Positions 1-8,780 of a stretch of DNA of 64,000 bases are shown one piece after another; the stretch's first letter is position 1, and each line of letters begins with the position of its first letter. This DNA is from Oscillospiraceae bacterium (GTDB lineage Bacteria; Bacillota; Clostridia; Oscillospirales; Oscillospiraceae), in contig JAFRDL010000050.1 of assembly GCA_017411265.1 (NCBI GenBank), positions 306 to 64,305 of the forward strand, written 5' to 3'. The notes under the pieces are model-generated. The model ran no database searches, had not been told where the DNA came from, and saw only the letters and a program-made list of their open reading frames with translations. The translations under genes and the position numbers were made by a program.

Positions 1-701
1 GCGAGCGGTCATATCGCCGGGAAACGGGTCTTTTCCTCTGCGACGGGGAAAAGCTGCTGACGGAAGCGATCCGGAACGGCGCGCGCATCGGGGAGGTCCT
101 CCTCCGCCGGGGCGGGGCGGCGCCCGCTTCGCTGCCGGAGGTTCCCGTGTATTTGGCGGAGGAGGATGCATTCGCCTTTGCCTCCCCGCTGGAGAACAGC
201 CCCGGACCGCTGTTTTCCGTGTACATGGAGCCCCGACCGGCCCGGGAGACGCCCCGCCGGGTGTTGGTGCTGGAAAATGTCCAGGATCCCGGCAACGTGG
301 GAACGGTGCTGCGCACCGCCGCCGCGCTGGGAACGGATCTTGTGGTCCTGACGGGGAGCTGCGCCGATCCGTGGCAGCCAAAGACCGTTCGGGCCGCCAT
401 GGGCGCACTGTTCCGTCAGCCGCTGTGGGAGACGGACGCGGACGGCCTTTTGCATGCGCTGGAGGAATGGGGACTGCCGCTCTACGGTGCGGCGCTCGCC
501 CCGGACAGCCGGGATATCCGGGACTTTGACCTGTCCCGGGCCGCGGTGGCCGTGGGGAACGAGGGAAACGGCCTCAGCGCAGACCTGCTCTCCCGGTGCG
601 GGGAAAAGCTCATCATACCCATGACTCCCGGCAGTGAATCCCTGAACGCGGCTGTTGCGGCTTCCGTTTTGATGTGGGAGATGGCACGGGGCGATCGATA
701 A
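1..701 (+). CDS. TrmH/SpoU-family RNA 2'-O-methyltransferase (5' end lies left of the window)
   Basis: The frame is open from base 3 (ERSYRRETGLFLCDGEKLL...), so the listed ORF 147..701 is only the tail. SpoU motifs LENVQDPGNVGTVLRTAAALG, VGNEGNGLS and IPMTPGSESLNAAVAASVLMWE are present. Stop TAA at 699-701. Confidence 0.85.
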   Translation, partial: ERSYRRETGLFLCDGEKLLTEAIRNGARIGEVLLRRGGAAPASLPEVPVYLAEEDAFAFASPLENSPGPLFSVYMEPRPARETPRRVLVLENVQDPGNVGTVLRTAAALGTDLVVLTGSCADPWQPKTVRAAMGALFRQPLWETDADGLLHALEEWGLPLYGAALAPDSRDIRDFDLSRAAVAVGNEGNGLSADLLSRCGEKLIIPMTPGSESLNAAVAASVLMWEMARGDR

Positions 702-721
702 ACAGGAAGGAGAGGATCGGC

Positions 722-1909
722 GTGGCGCAGATCCGTTACTGGATATGGCTCACGTCCCTGGTGGGACTGCGGCCGCTGGCCATGCACGCGGCGATCGAGC
801 ATTTCGGCAGTCCCATGGAGACGTATTACGCCCCGGCGGGAGGGTATGACGCGGTCCCGGAACTGAACGCCAAGGACCGATCCCTTCTTGAAAACAAAGA
901 TATGTCCCGTACCGAGGAGATCCTGGAGGTCTGCCAGCAAAAGGGGATCCACATCCTGACCCTCCAGGACGCCGGTTACCCCGAGCGCCTTCGGCAGATC
1001 GCCGATCCGCCGCCGGTGCTGTATGTACGGGGCAGTCTGCCCTACCTGGACGAGCTGCCCGTTATCGCCGTCGTCGGTACACGGAAGGCCAGCGCGTACG
1101 GGATCAAGATGGCGCTTCGTCTGGGACAGGAGATCACAGCCTGCGGCGGCTGCGTGGTCACGGGCATGGCCCTGGGGATCGACGGAGCGGCGGCCAGGGG
1201 CGCCATCACGGCGGGAGGCGCCTGCGTGGGCGTGCTGGGCACCGCCATCGACGTGGATTATCCTGCTTCCAACACATCGCTTATCCGGGACGTGGCCGCC
1301 ACCGGAGCCATCGTCAGCGAGTATCCGCCCGGCTACCCCACCATGCCGGAGAACTTTCCCCGCCGGAACCGCATCATCAGCGGGCTGAGCTGCGGTACCT
1401 GTGTGGTGGAGGCCCCAAGGCGCAGCGGCGCCCTGATCACGGCCAATCTGTCCTTGGACCAGGGACGGGATCTCTTCGCCGTGCCCGGCAACGCGGACAG
1501 CGAGACGAGCTTCGGGACCAACGCTCTGCTGCAGGACTGCGCCAAGGCGGTGACCTGCGGCATGGATATCCTGTGTGAGTACGCCGGGCTGTTTCCCGGC
1601 CGGATCCGGGAAAAAACCGTGGAGTTTGCCCCGCCCGAACCGGCGCGCACGGAGGCTCCTGCGGCAAAAACAGTCATTGACAAGCCGGAGGGTATACCGT
1701 ATATTGACGTAGAAAGCCGCCTTGCCCCCTTCACCGAAGACCAGAAGACGCTGCTGCGGATCCTGGCAAAGGGAGAATCTCATGTGGACGCGCTGATCGC
1801 CCTCTCCGGTTTTTCCACCGCGAAGGTGCTCTCGGCCATGACCATCCTCACCATCAAGGGCGCGGTGAGATCGCTCCCGGGCAAGCGGTATGAATTGAAC
1901 CTGAAATAA
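722..1909 (+). CDS. dprA: DNA-processing protein DprA (Smf)
   Basis: Motifs VVGTRKASAYG, GMALGIDGAAARGA, FPRRNRIISGLS and VVEAPRRSGALITA. I prefer the GTG at 722 (GGAGAGG 6 nt upstream) over the ATG at 674, which overlaps the previous gene. The dprA-topA-trmFO order is classic Firmicute synteny. Confidence 0.9.
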   Translation: MAQIRYWIWLTSLVGLRPLAMHAAIEHFGSPMETYYAPAGGYDAVPELNAKDRSLLENKDMSRTEEILEVCQQKGIHILTLQDAGYPERLRQIADPPPVLYVRGSLPYLDELPVIAVVGTRKASAYGIKMALRLGQEITACGGCVVTGMALGIDGAAARGAITAGGACVGVLGTAIDVDYPASNTSLIRDVAATGAIVSEYPPGYPTMPENFPRRNRIISGLSCGTCVVEAPRRSGALITANLSLDQGRDLFAVPGNADSETSFGTNALLQDCAKAVTCGMDILCEYAGLFPGRIREKTVEFAPPEPARTEAPAAKTVIDKPEGIPYIDVESRLAPFTEDQKTLLRILAKGESHVDALIALSGFSTAKVLSAMTILTIKGAVRSLPGKRYELNLK

Positions 1910-1922
1910 GGAAGTTTCGCCA

Positions 1923-4082
1923 ATGGCACAGGCAAAAAAGGATCTTGTGATCGTGGAGTCCCCGGCGAAAGCCAGGACCATCGAAAAATATCTGGGGGGA
2001 GACTATAAGGTGGTGGCCTCCATGGGCCATCTCCGGGATCTTCCCAAGAGCAAGCTGGGCGTGGACATCGAGCACGGCATTGAACCGGAGTATATTCCCG
2101 TTTCGGACCGCAGCGACGTCATCAACGACCTGAAGAAGCGTTCCAAAGACGCCAAGACCGTCTTTCTCGCCACCGACCCGGACCGGGAAGGGGAGGCCAT
2201 CAGCTGGCACCTGAAGGAGCTTCTGGATCTCCCGGACGAAAAAGCCCGGCGGGTCACCTTCAATGAGATCACCAAAAAGGTGGTCCTGGAGAGCATGGCC
2301 CATCCCCGGGATATCGATCTGGACCTGGTGGACGCCCAGCAGGCCCGCCGGGTGCTGGACCGGATCGTGGGCTACAAGCTCAGCCCCCTGCTGTGGCGGA
2401 AGATCCGCCGCGGCCTGTCCGCGGGACGGGTGCAGTCCCCCGCCATCCGGATGGTGGTGGACCGGGAGAAGGAGATCCGGGCCTTCCGGCCGGAGGAGTA
2501 CTGGCATCTGGACGCGCATCTGGACCGGCAGGAGAAATCCGGCGCGTTTGTGGCCCGGTATTTCGGCGAGGGAGAAAAAAAGCGGGAATTGCATTCCGCG
2601 GCGGAGGTCCAGGCCGTGACCGCGGATGTGGAAAACGCCCCCTGGGAGATCGCCGCCGTGAAGAGGGGGGAGCGCCAGCGCAGTCCCGCGCCTCCGTTCA
2701 TCACCTCCACGCTCCAGCAGGAGGCCAGCCGCCGTCTGGGCATGACGCCCCGGCGGACCATGAGCATTGCCCAGCAGCTCTACGAGGGCGTGGACATCAC
2801 CGGCGCCGGCACCGTGGGTCTCATCACCTATATGCGTACCGATTCTCTGCGTCTCTCCGAGGACGCGCTGGCCGCAGCCGGACGGTTTATCAAAAGCTTT
2901 TACGGCGAGGAATACTACCCCGGGAAGCCCCGCCGCTACAAGACCAAGGCGGGCGCTCAGGACGCCCACGAGGCCATTCGCCCCAGCGACGTGGAACTCA
3001 CCCCGGAGCGGGTGAAAAAGGACCTCACGGCGGAGCAGTACCGGCTCTACCGGCTGATCTGGGGCCGATTCACCGCCAGCCAGATGTCCAATGCCGTGTA
3101 TGACAACGTGATCATCGACGCGGTGAGCGCCGGTCACTGCTTCAAGGCCAATCACTCCGCCATCCGTTTCCCCGGATATACCAAGGTGTACGAGGACCCG
3201 GCGGAGGACGAGGAAGAAGGCCCCAAAAAGCCCCTGCCCGATCTTCGGGAGGGGGAGAAGGTGACGCTGAAAAAGCTCACCCCGGAACAGAGATTCACCG
3301 AGCCGCCCGCCCGGTATACCGAGGCGACGCTCATCCGGGCCATGGAGGAAAAGGGCATCGGCCGGCCCTCCACCTACGCGCCCACCATCACCACCATCAG
3401 CAACCGGGAGTATGTGGCCAAGGAAGGAAAGTACCTCAAGCCCACAGCTCTCGGCGAGACGGTCACCGACTACATGGAGGACCGTTTTTCCGATATCGTG
3501 GATCTGCGTTTCACCGCCCACATGGAGGACCGTCTGGACGAGATCGAAAACGGCAAGATCCCCTGGCGCGACGTCCTCGCCGGTTTTTACGACGGTTTTG
3601 AAAAGGAGCTGTCCGAGGCGGAGAAGGATGTGGGCCGCATCAAGGTGCCCGATGACGTCAGCGACGAGATCTGCGAGAAATGCGGCCGCCAGATGGTAGT
3701 GAAAAACGGCCGCTTTGGCCGGTTCCTGGCCTGCCCGGGCTTCCCCGAGTGCAATTTCACCAAGCCCATCGTCATTGAAATGCCCGGCAGCTGCCCCAAA
3801 TGCGGCGGGCGGATGCTCAAGCGCACCTCCAAAAAGGGCAACACCTTCTATGCCTGCGAGAGAGGCGCGGAGTGCGGCTTCATGACCTGGGACGTGCCGG
3901 TGAAGGACAAATGCCCCTCCTGCGGCAAGAGCATGTTCAAGCTCTCCGGAAAGGGGGCGCGGAAGCCCTTCTGCGTCAATCCGGATTGCGAGGCCTTCGT
4001 CCCCGAGGATAAGCGAGGCTATCGAAAAAAGCCCTCCGGGACCGGGGAAAAGGCCGTGAAGAAGCCGAAGGAAACGAAATGA
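1923..4082 (+). CDS. topA: DNA topoisomerase I
   Basis: 719 aa. TOPRIM LVIVESPAKARTIEKYLG and DPDREGEAISWH, active-site Tyr context ITYMRTDS, and C-terminal Cys4 zinc ribbons (CEKCGRQMVV...ACPGFPEC, CPKCGG..., CPSCGK...). Confidence 0.97.
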   Translation: MAQAKKDLVIVESPAKARTIEKYLGGDYKVVASMGHLRDLPKSKLGVDIEHGIEPEYIPVSDRSDVINDLKKRSKDAKTVFLATDPDREGEAISWHLKELLDLPDEKARRVTFNEITKKVVLESMAHPRDIDLDLVDAQQARRVLDRIVGYKLSPLLWRKIRRGLSAGRVQSPAIRMVVDREKEIRAFRPEEYWHLDAHLDRQEKSGAFVARYFGEGEKKRELHSAAEVQAVTADVENAPWEIAAVKRGERQRSPAPPFITSTLQQEASRRLGMTPRRTMSIAQQLYEGVDITGAGTVGLITYMRTDSLRLSEDALAAAGRFIKSFYGEEYYPGKPRRYKTKAGAQDAHEAIRPSDVELTPERVKKDLTAEQYRLYRLIWGRFTASQMSNAVYDNVIIDAVSAGHCFKANHSAIRFPGYTKVYEDPAEDEEEGPKKPLPDLREGEKVTLKKLTPEQRFTEPPARYTEATLIRAMEEKGIGRPSTYAPTITTISNREYVAKEGKYLKPTALGETVTDYMEDRFSDIVDLRFTAHMEDRLDEIENGKIPWRDVLAGFYDGFEKELSEAEKDVGRIKVPDDVSDEICEKCGRQMVVKNGRFGRFLACPGFPECNFTKPIVIEMPGSCPKCGGRMLKRTSKKGNTFYACERGAECGFMTWDVPVKDKCPSCGKSMFKLSGKGARKPFCVNPDCEAFVPEDKRGYRKKPSGTGEKAVKKPKETK

Positions 4083-5401
4083 ACGAAGTGACCGTGGTGG
4101 GCGCCGGCCTGGCGGGATCGGAGGCGGCGTGGCAGCTGGCCGTCCGCGGCATTCCTGTGCGGCTGCTGGAAATGAAGCCGAAAAAGATGACCCCCGCCCA
4201 CGTGTCCCCCTGGTTTGCCGAACTGGTGTGCTCCAACTCCCTCCGGAGCGACGAGCTGACCAACGCCGTGGGGCTCCTGAAGGAAGAACTGCGGCGGATG
4301 GGCAGTCTTATCATGCGCTGTGCCGACGCCCATCGTGTGGCTGCCGGCGGCGCGCTGGCCGTGGACCGGGAGGGGTTTGCCCGGGCTGTGACGGAAAACA
4401 TCCGCTCCCATCCCCTCATTCAGGTGGCAGAGGAGGAAGTCGTCGATTTCCCCGACGGGGACGTGATCGTGGCCACCGGCCCCCTGACCTCGGACGCCTT
4501 TGCGGAGACGATCCTCCGGCGCACCGGCAGCGAGGGCCTGCACTTTTACGACGCGGTGGCCCCCATCGTTTCTCTGGAAAGCGTGGATATGGACAGCGCC
4601 TTCCGGGCCTCCCGGTATGACAAGGGCACGGCGGACTATATCAACTGCCCCATGAACCAGGAGGAGTACGTCGCTTTCTGGAAGGAATTGATCTCCGCCC
4701 GGGAGGCGGCGGTCCACGGCTTTGACGACGCCGGGGTCTTCGAGGGCTGCATGCCTGTGGAGGTCATGGCCCGCCGGGGCTTGGACACCTTGCGATACGG
4801 GCCTCTGAAGCCTGTGGGGCTTCGGGATCCCCATACGGGGAAGGAGGCCTATGCGGTGGTCCAGCTGCGGCAGGACAACGCCGAGGGGACGCTGTATAAT
4901 CTGGTCGGGTTTCAGACGCACCTGGCCTTTCCCGAGCAGAAGCGGGTGTTTTCCATGATCCCCGCCCTGCGAGAGGCGGAATTCGTCCGCTACGGTGTGA
5001 TGCACCGGAACACCTATCTCCAGTCCCCCGGAAAGCTGGACCGGTATTACCGGCTGATCGCGGAGCCCCGGATCGTTTTCGCCGGGCAGATCACCGGGGT
5101 GGAGGGGTATGTGGAATCCTGCGCCTCCGGGATGCTGGCCGCTTTGGAGCTCTCTGCCCGCCGGCTGGGCCTGCCGCCGCTGGATCTCTCCAACGAGACC
5201 GCCATGGGAGCCCTGAGCCTGTACGTCTCCTGCGGCAGCGTCGGAGATTTCCAGCCCATGAACGTGAATTTCGGCATCATCGCCCCCCTGGACCAGCGTG
5301 TAAAGGGCAAGAGGAACAAAAATGCCGCCGTCTCCGCCCGGTCTCTGGCGAGGATCGACGAGCTTGTGAAGGGAGAACTGTGGCAATGCGTATCCTTGTA
5401 G
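4079..5401 (+). CDS. trmFO: Methylenetetrahydrofolate--tRNA-(uracil54-C5)-methyltransferase TrmFO (Gid)
   Basis: 440 aa. FAD fingerprint VTVVGAGLAGSEAAWQLA, plus FAGQITGVEGYVESCASG. ATGA overlap with the topA stop. Stop TAG at 5399-5401. Confidence 0.95.
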   Translation: MNEVTVVGAGLAGSEAAWQLAVRGIPVRLLEMKPKKMTPAHVSPWFAELVCSNSLRSDELTNAVGLLKEELRRMGSLIMRCADAHRVAAGGALAVDREGFARAVTENIRSHPLIQVAEEEVVDFPDGDVIVATGPLTSDAFAETILRRTGSEGLHFYDAVAPIVSLESVDMDSAFRASRYDKGTADYINCPMNQEEYVAFWKELISAREAAVHGFDDAGVFEGCMPVEVMARRGLDTLRYGPLKPVGLRDPHTGKEAYAVVQLRQDNAEGTLYNLVGFQTHLAFPEQKRVFSMIPALREAEFVRYGVMHRNTYLQSPGKLDRYYRLIAEPRIVFAGQITGVEGYVESCASGMLAALELSARRLGLPPLDLSNETAMGALSLYVSCGSVGDFQPMNVNFGIIAPLDQRVKGKRNKNAAVSARSLARIDELVKGELWQCVSL

Positions 5402-6417
5402 ACGCCATGGGCGGCGACAACGCCCCCGTCGAGATCGTCCGGGGCGCTGTGGACGCAGCGAAGGAATTCAACGTGGACGTTTCCCTGGTGGGTCGGGAGG
5501 AGGAGATACTTCCGGTCTTGAAGGAATGCGGCGTGGAGGCCCCCGGCGAACACATCTCCGTGGTGGACGCCCGGGATGTGGTGGAGATGGAGGACGACCC
5601 CAGCAGCGCCACCCGGCGCAAGCCGGATTCCTCCATGGCGGTTGCTCTCCGCCTGCTCCACGAGGGAGCGGGGGATGCGGTGGTATCCGCCGGCAGCACC
5701 GGCGCTCTTCTCAGCGGCGCCACGCTGACGGTCCGCCGTGTGCGGGGCATCCGCCGGGCCTGCTTCGGACCGGTGCTTCCCAACGGCGGCAGGGGTGTGC
5801 TGCTCATCGACTGCGGCGCCAACGTGGAATGCACCGCGGAGTATCTGCTCCAGTTCGCCTATATGGGCAAGTACTACGCCCAGGAGCTCATGGGCTGTGA
5901 GGATCCCCGGGTGGGCCTTCTGAATATCGGCGCGGAGGAGACTAAGGGCACGGAGCTGCAGAAGCAGACCTATGCGCTGCTCCGGACCGCCTGCGAGGCC
6001 GGTCGGCTGAACTTTATCGGCAACGTGGAGTCCCGGGATGTGCTGGCCGGGGGCGTGGACGTGGTGGTGACGGACGGTTTTTCCGGAAACATCCTCCTCA
6101 AGAGCATCGAGGGCACCGCCATGATGCTGATGAAGCAGCTCAAGGGCATCTTCTACAAGAACGCCAAAAACAAGCTGGCGGCGGCCATGCTGAAAAAGGA
6201 CGTGTACGCCCTCAAGTCCATGTTCGACGCCGGTGAGGTGGGCGGGACGGCCCTGCTGGGCATCTCCAAGCCCGTGATCAAGGCCCATGGGTCCTCGGAC
6301 GCCCGCGCCACCCGCAGCGCGGTGAAACAGGCGATGACATTCATCGATGCCGGCGTGATCGAGAGCATCGAAAAGAATGTACAGTATATGCGCATTTCAG
6401 GAAACGAAGGAGAATAA
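5386..6417 (+). CDS. plsX: Phosphate acyltransferase PlsX
   Basis: MRILVDAMGGDNAP start typical of PlsX (the ORF track starts 2 codons earlier, at GTG 5380). Motifs VSAGSTGALL and DGFSGNILLK. Confidence 0.95.
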   Translation: MRILVDAMGGDNAPVEIVRGAVDAAKEFNVDVSLVGREEEILPVLKECGVEAPGEHISVVDARDVVEMEDDPSSATRRKPDSSMAVALRLLHEGAGDAVVSAGSTGALLSGATLTVRRVRGIRRACFGPVLPNGGRGVLLIDCGANVECTAEYLLQFAYMGKYYAQELMGCEDPRVGLLNIGAEETKGTELQKQTYALLRTACEAGRLNFIGNVESRDVLAGGVDVVVTDGFSGNILLKSIEGTAMMLMKQLKGIFYKNAKNKLAAAMLKKDVYALKSMFDAGEVGGTALLGISKPVIKAHGSSDARATRSAVKQAMTFIDAGVIESIEKNVQYMRISGNEGE

Positions 6418-6421
6418 CACA

Positions 6422-6661
6422 ATGGTACTGGAAAAAATCATCAAGATGGTCGCCGAGCAGTTTATGGTGGATGAGAGTGAGATCTCTGCGGACACCTCCT
6501 TCACCGACGATCTCGGCGCGGACTCCCTGGACGTGGTGGAGCTTACCATGGCCCTAGAGGAGAGCTTTTCTCTGCCCGATACTCCGGAGAACGAGCTGAT
6601 GAATATCCATACCGTGGGAGATCTGGCCGCCTACGTGTCCAAGGTCACCCAGCAGGATTGA
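6422..6661 (+). CDS. acpP: Acyl carrier protein
   Basis: 79 aa from ATG 6422 (MVLEKIIKMVAEQF...). Phosphopantetheine site DLGADSLDVVELTMALEE. The upstream part of track ORF 6377.. overlaps plsX and is not needed. Confidence 0.95.
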   Translation: MVLEKIIKMVAEQFMVDESEISADTSFTDDLGADSLDVVELTMALEESFSLPDTPENELMNIHTVGDLAAYVSKVTQQD

Positions 6662-6663
6662 TC

Positions 6664-7341
6664 ATGACGGAGCTGGAGACCAGACTGGGTCACCGCTTCA
6701 AGGACGCTTCTCTTCTGGAGACGGCTCTGACGCACAGTTCCTACGCCAACGAAAACGCCGCCGCCCATTGCCTGTGCAATGAGCGGCTGGAGTTTTTGGG
6801 CGATTCGGTGCTGGGCGTCACCGTAGCGGATCACCTTTACCGCCAGTATCCGGAGATGCCGGAGGGACGCATGACCCGGCTCCGGGCGGAGCTCGTGTGT
6901 GAGCAGTCCCTCTATCAGATCGCCCGGAAGCTGGACATTGGCAGCTGCCTCCGTCTGGGAAAAGGGGAAGAGCGCAACGGAGGCCGTTTGCGCCCTTCCA
7001 TTCTTTCCGACGCCGTCGAGGCCATCATTGCCGCACTGTATCTGGATGCGGGGATGGAGACCGCCGCGGCCTTTATCCACCGGTGCCTCCTGGACGATCT
7101 GGGGCCCATGGAGCCCTCGTTTACCACGGATTTCAAGACGGCCCTTCAGGAGCTGGTCCAGCGTCAGAGCGGCCGGACCCTCGCCTATGCCCTGGCGGGG
7201 GAGGAGGGGCCGGACCACGCCAAGATCTTTACCATGCAGGTCCTGCTCAACGGCGAGCCCATCGGCAGCGGCGTCGGCCGCACCAAAAAAGAGGCGGAGC
7301 AGACCGCCGCCAGAAACGCCCTGGAGGCTCTGAAGGAATGA
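6664..7341 (+). CDS. rnc: Ribonuclease III
   Basis: Signature NERLEFLGDSVLG. C-terminal dsRBD GPDHAKIFT...GRTKKEAEQTAARNALEAL. ATG 6664 lies just after the acpP stop (the track uses TTG 6658). Confidence 0.95.
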   Translation: MTELETRLGHRFKDASLLETALTHSSYANENAAAHCLCNERLEFLGDSVLGVTVADHLYRQYPEMPEGRMTRLRAELVCEQSLYQIARKLDIGSCLRLGKGEERNGGRLRPSILSDAVEAIIAALYLDAGMETAAAFIHRCLLDDLGPMEPSFTTDFKTALQELVQRQSGRTLAYALAGEEGPDHAKIFTMQVLLNGEPIGSGVGRTKKEAEQTAARNALEALKE

Positions 7342-8333
7342 GTCCCCGGCGGCGTATCCTGCCCATATTCGTGCCACACGCGGGCTGTCCGAACCGATGT
7401 GTTTTCTGTGATCAGAAGCGCATCTCCGGCAGCTCTTTTTCTGCTTCCGCGGAGACGGTGCGCTCGGCCCTCTCGTCCGTTCCGGCGGGAGCGGGGGTGG
7501 AGCTGGCCTTTTACGGCGGCAGCTTCACGGCCATCGATCCGGCCCGGCAGGAGGAGCTCCTCTCCGCGGCGAAGCCATTTCGGGAGAACGGTACCGTGTC
7601 CTCCGTCCGGATCTCCACCCGGCCCGACGCCGTGGACGCCGATACCGTCCAACGGCTTCTTCGTCACGGCGTGGGGACGGTGGAACTGGGCGCTCAATCC
7701 ATGGACGACAAGGTCCTCCGCCTTTCCGGCCGTGGGCATACCGCCCGGGACACGCGTCGTGCCGCGGCCTTGGTGAGAGAGGCGGGGCTGCATCTCATCC
7801 TGCAGATGATGACCGGACTGCCCGGCAGCGACGGGGACAGGGACATGAACACCGCCCGGGAGATCGCGGCGCTTCGTCCCGACGGCGTACGGATCTATCC
7901 CACCGTGATCCTCCGGGGCACGGAGCTGGAGCGGATGTGGCGCAGCGGAGAATACAGGGAACACACCGTGGAGGAAGCGGTAAGCCTGTGCAGCCGGATC
8001 CTCCCCGTTTTTGAGAAGGCCGGGATCCCCGTGATCCGGCTGGGACTCAACCCGTCCGACGAGCTTTCCGCCGGGGAGGCGGTCGCCGGCGCGTACCACC
8101 CGGCTCTGGGCGAGCTGGTCCGTTCCCGGATCCTGCGGGACCGGGCGGAGGAGCTGCTGCGCGGTTCCGCGCCGGGGAGCGACGTGGTCCTTGCCGTGGC
8201 GCCGGGGCGCGTCTCCGCCATGACCGGACAGCACCGGGAAAACCTGGATTACCTGGAGCGTCGGTTTTCCCTTCGCTCCGTCCGGGTCAGGGGGATGGCG
8301 GAAGCCGGGGAAGAGATCCTTCTTTTTTCCTGA
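7338..8333 (+). CDS. Radical SAM protein (ELP3/HemN-like family, function unknown)
   Basis: MSPRRRILPIFVPHAGCPNRCVFCDQ carries the CxxxCxxC cluster motif right after the start. ATGA overlap with the rnc stop. The track ORF 7083.. includes an out-of-context N-terminal extension. Confidence 0.8.
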   Translation: MSPRRRILPIFVPHAGCPNRCVFCDQKRISGSSFSASAETVRSALSSVPAGAGVELAFYGGSFTAIDPARQEELLSAAKPFRENGTVSSVRISTRPDAVDADTVQRLLRHGVGTVELGAQSMDDKVLRLSGRGHTARDTRRAAALVREAGLHLILQMMTGLPGSDGDRDMNTAREIAALRPDGVRIYPTVILRGTELERMWRSGEYREHTVEEAVSLCSRILPVFEKAGIPVIRLGLNPSDELSAGEAVAGAYHPALGELVRSRILRDRAEELLRGSAPGSDVVLAVAPGRVSAMTGQHRENLDYLERRFSLRSVRVRGMAEAGEEILLFS

Positions 8334-8338
8334 AAAAG

Positions 8339-8367
8339 TTGCACAAACCGCTTCGGCGTTATATAAT
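8339..8367 (+). promoter_or_regulatory. Candidate sigma-A type promoter, TTGCAC-17 nt-TATAAT
   Basis: TTGCAC at 8339-8344, a 17-nt spacer, and TATAAT at 8362-8367, in the AT-rich gap after the radical SAM gene. Confidence 0.55.
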
Positions 8368-8508
8368 AAAGTGTTATTTTTGATCCTTTTCGGCACGGGC
8401 GCCTCTGAAGCGGTACGGGGACGTTAGACTCCGTGCCTGCGGCTGACGCGCTGGGAGCGCGGGGACCGGGCGCGACCCGATCCCCTTGGCATCCGGGAGG
8501 TAGGACAC
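8368..8508 (+). promoter_or_regulatory. Structured GC-rich 5' leader (unclassified; possible cis-regulatory RNA)
   Basis: Three hairpins can be drawn by hand: CGGCACGG...CCGTGCC (about 8392-8443), CGCGC-TGGGA-GCGCG, and GGGACCGGG-CGCGA-CCCGATCCC. They sit just ahead of the GGGAGG RBS of the 8509 ORF. I recognise no known riboswitch consensus. Confidence 0.3.
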
Positions 8509-8730
8509 ATGGGTCTGTTTTCCAAAAAACCAAAACCCGCGGAGAGGTTTGATCCGGCACGGTTTACCCCCGTGATCCGTTCCAGCATCTGTACGGGAGA
8601 AAAGACAGCGGGCTTTCGGGAAAAGGAAACGGGCAGATTCCTGGAGGTCATGCTGATCCGGGATGGGTCCGATCTTGAGGAATTCAAACACCGATACGGC
8701 ATCGACGGCGAGATCGATACGATATACTGA
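8509..8730 (+). CDS. Small conserved hypothetical protein (73 aa)
   Basis: GGGAGG lies 8 nt upstream of the ATG. The codon usage is GC3-rich and genome-like. Sequence MGLFSKKPKP...PVIRSSICTGEKTAGFREKETGRFLEVMLIRDGSDLEEFKHRYGI. I believe similar small proteins occur in other Clostridia but cannot name a family. Confidence 0.65.
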   Translation: MGLFSKKPKPAERFDPARFTPVIRSSICTGEKTAGFREKETGRFLEVMLIRDGSDLEEFKHRYGIDGEIDTIY

Positions 8731-8780
8731 AAGCGATACGCGGGAATCTGCAAATACAGATGGGAAGATAAGAGGACGCT

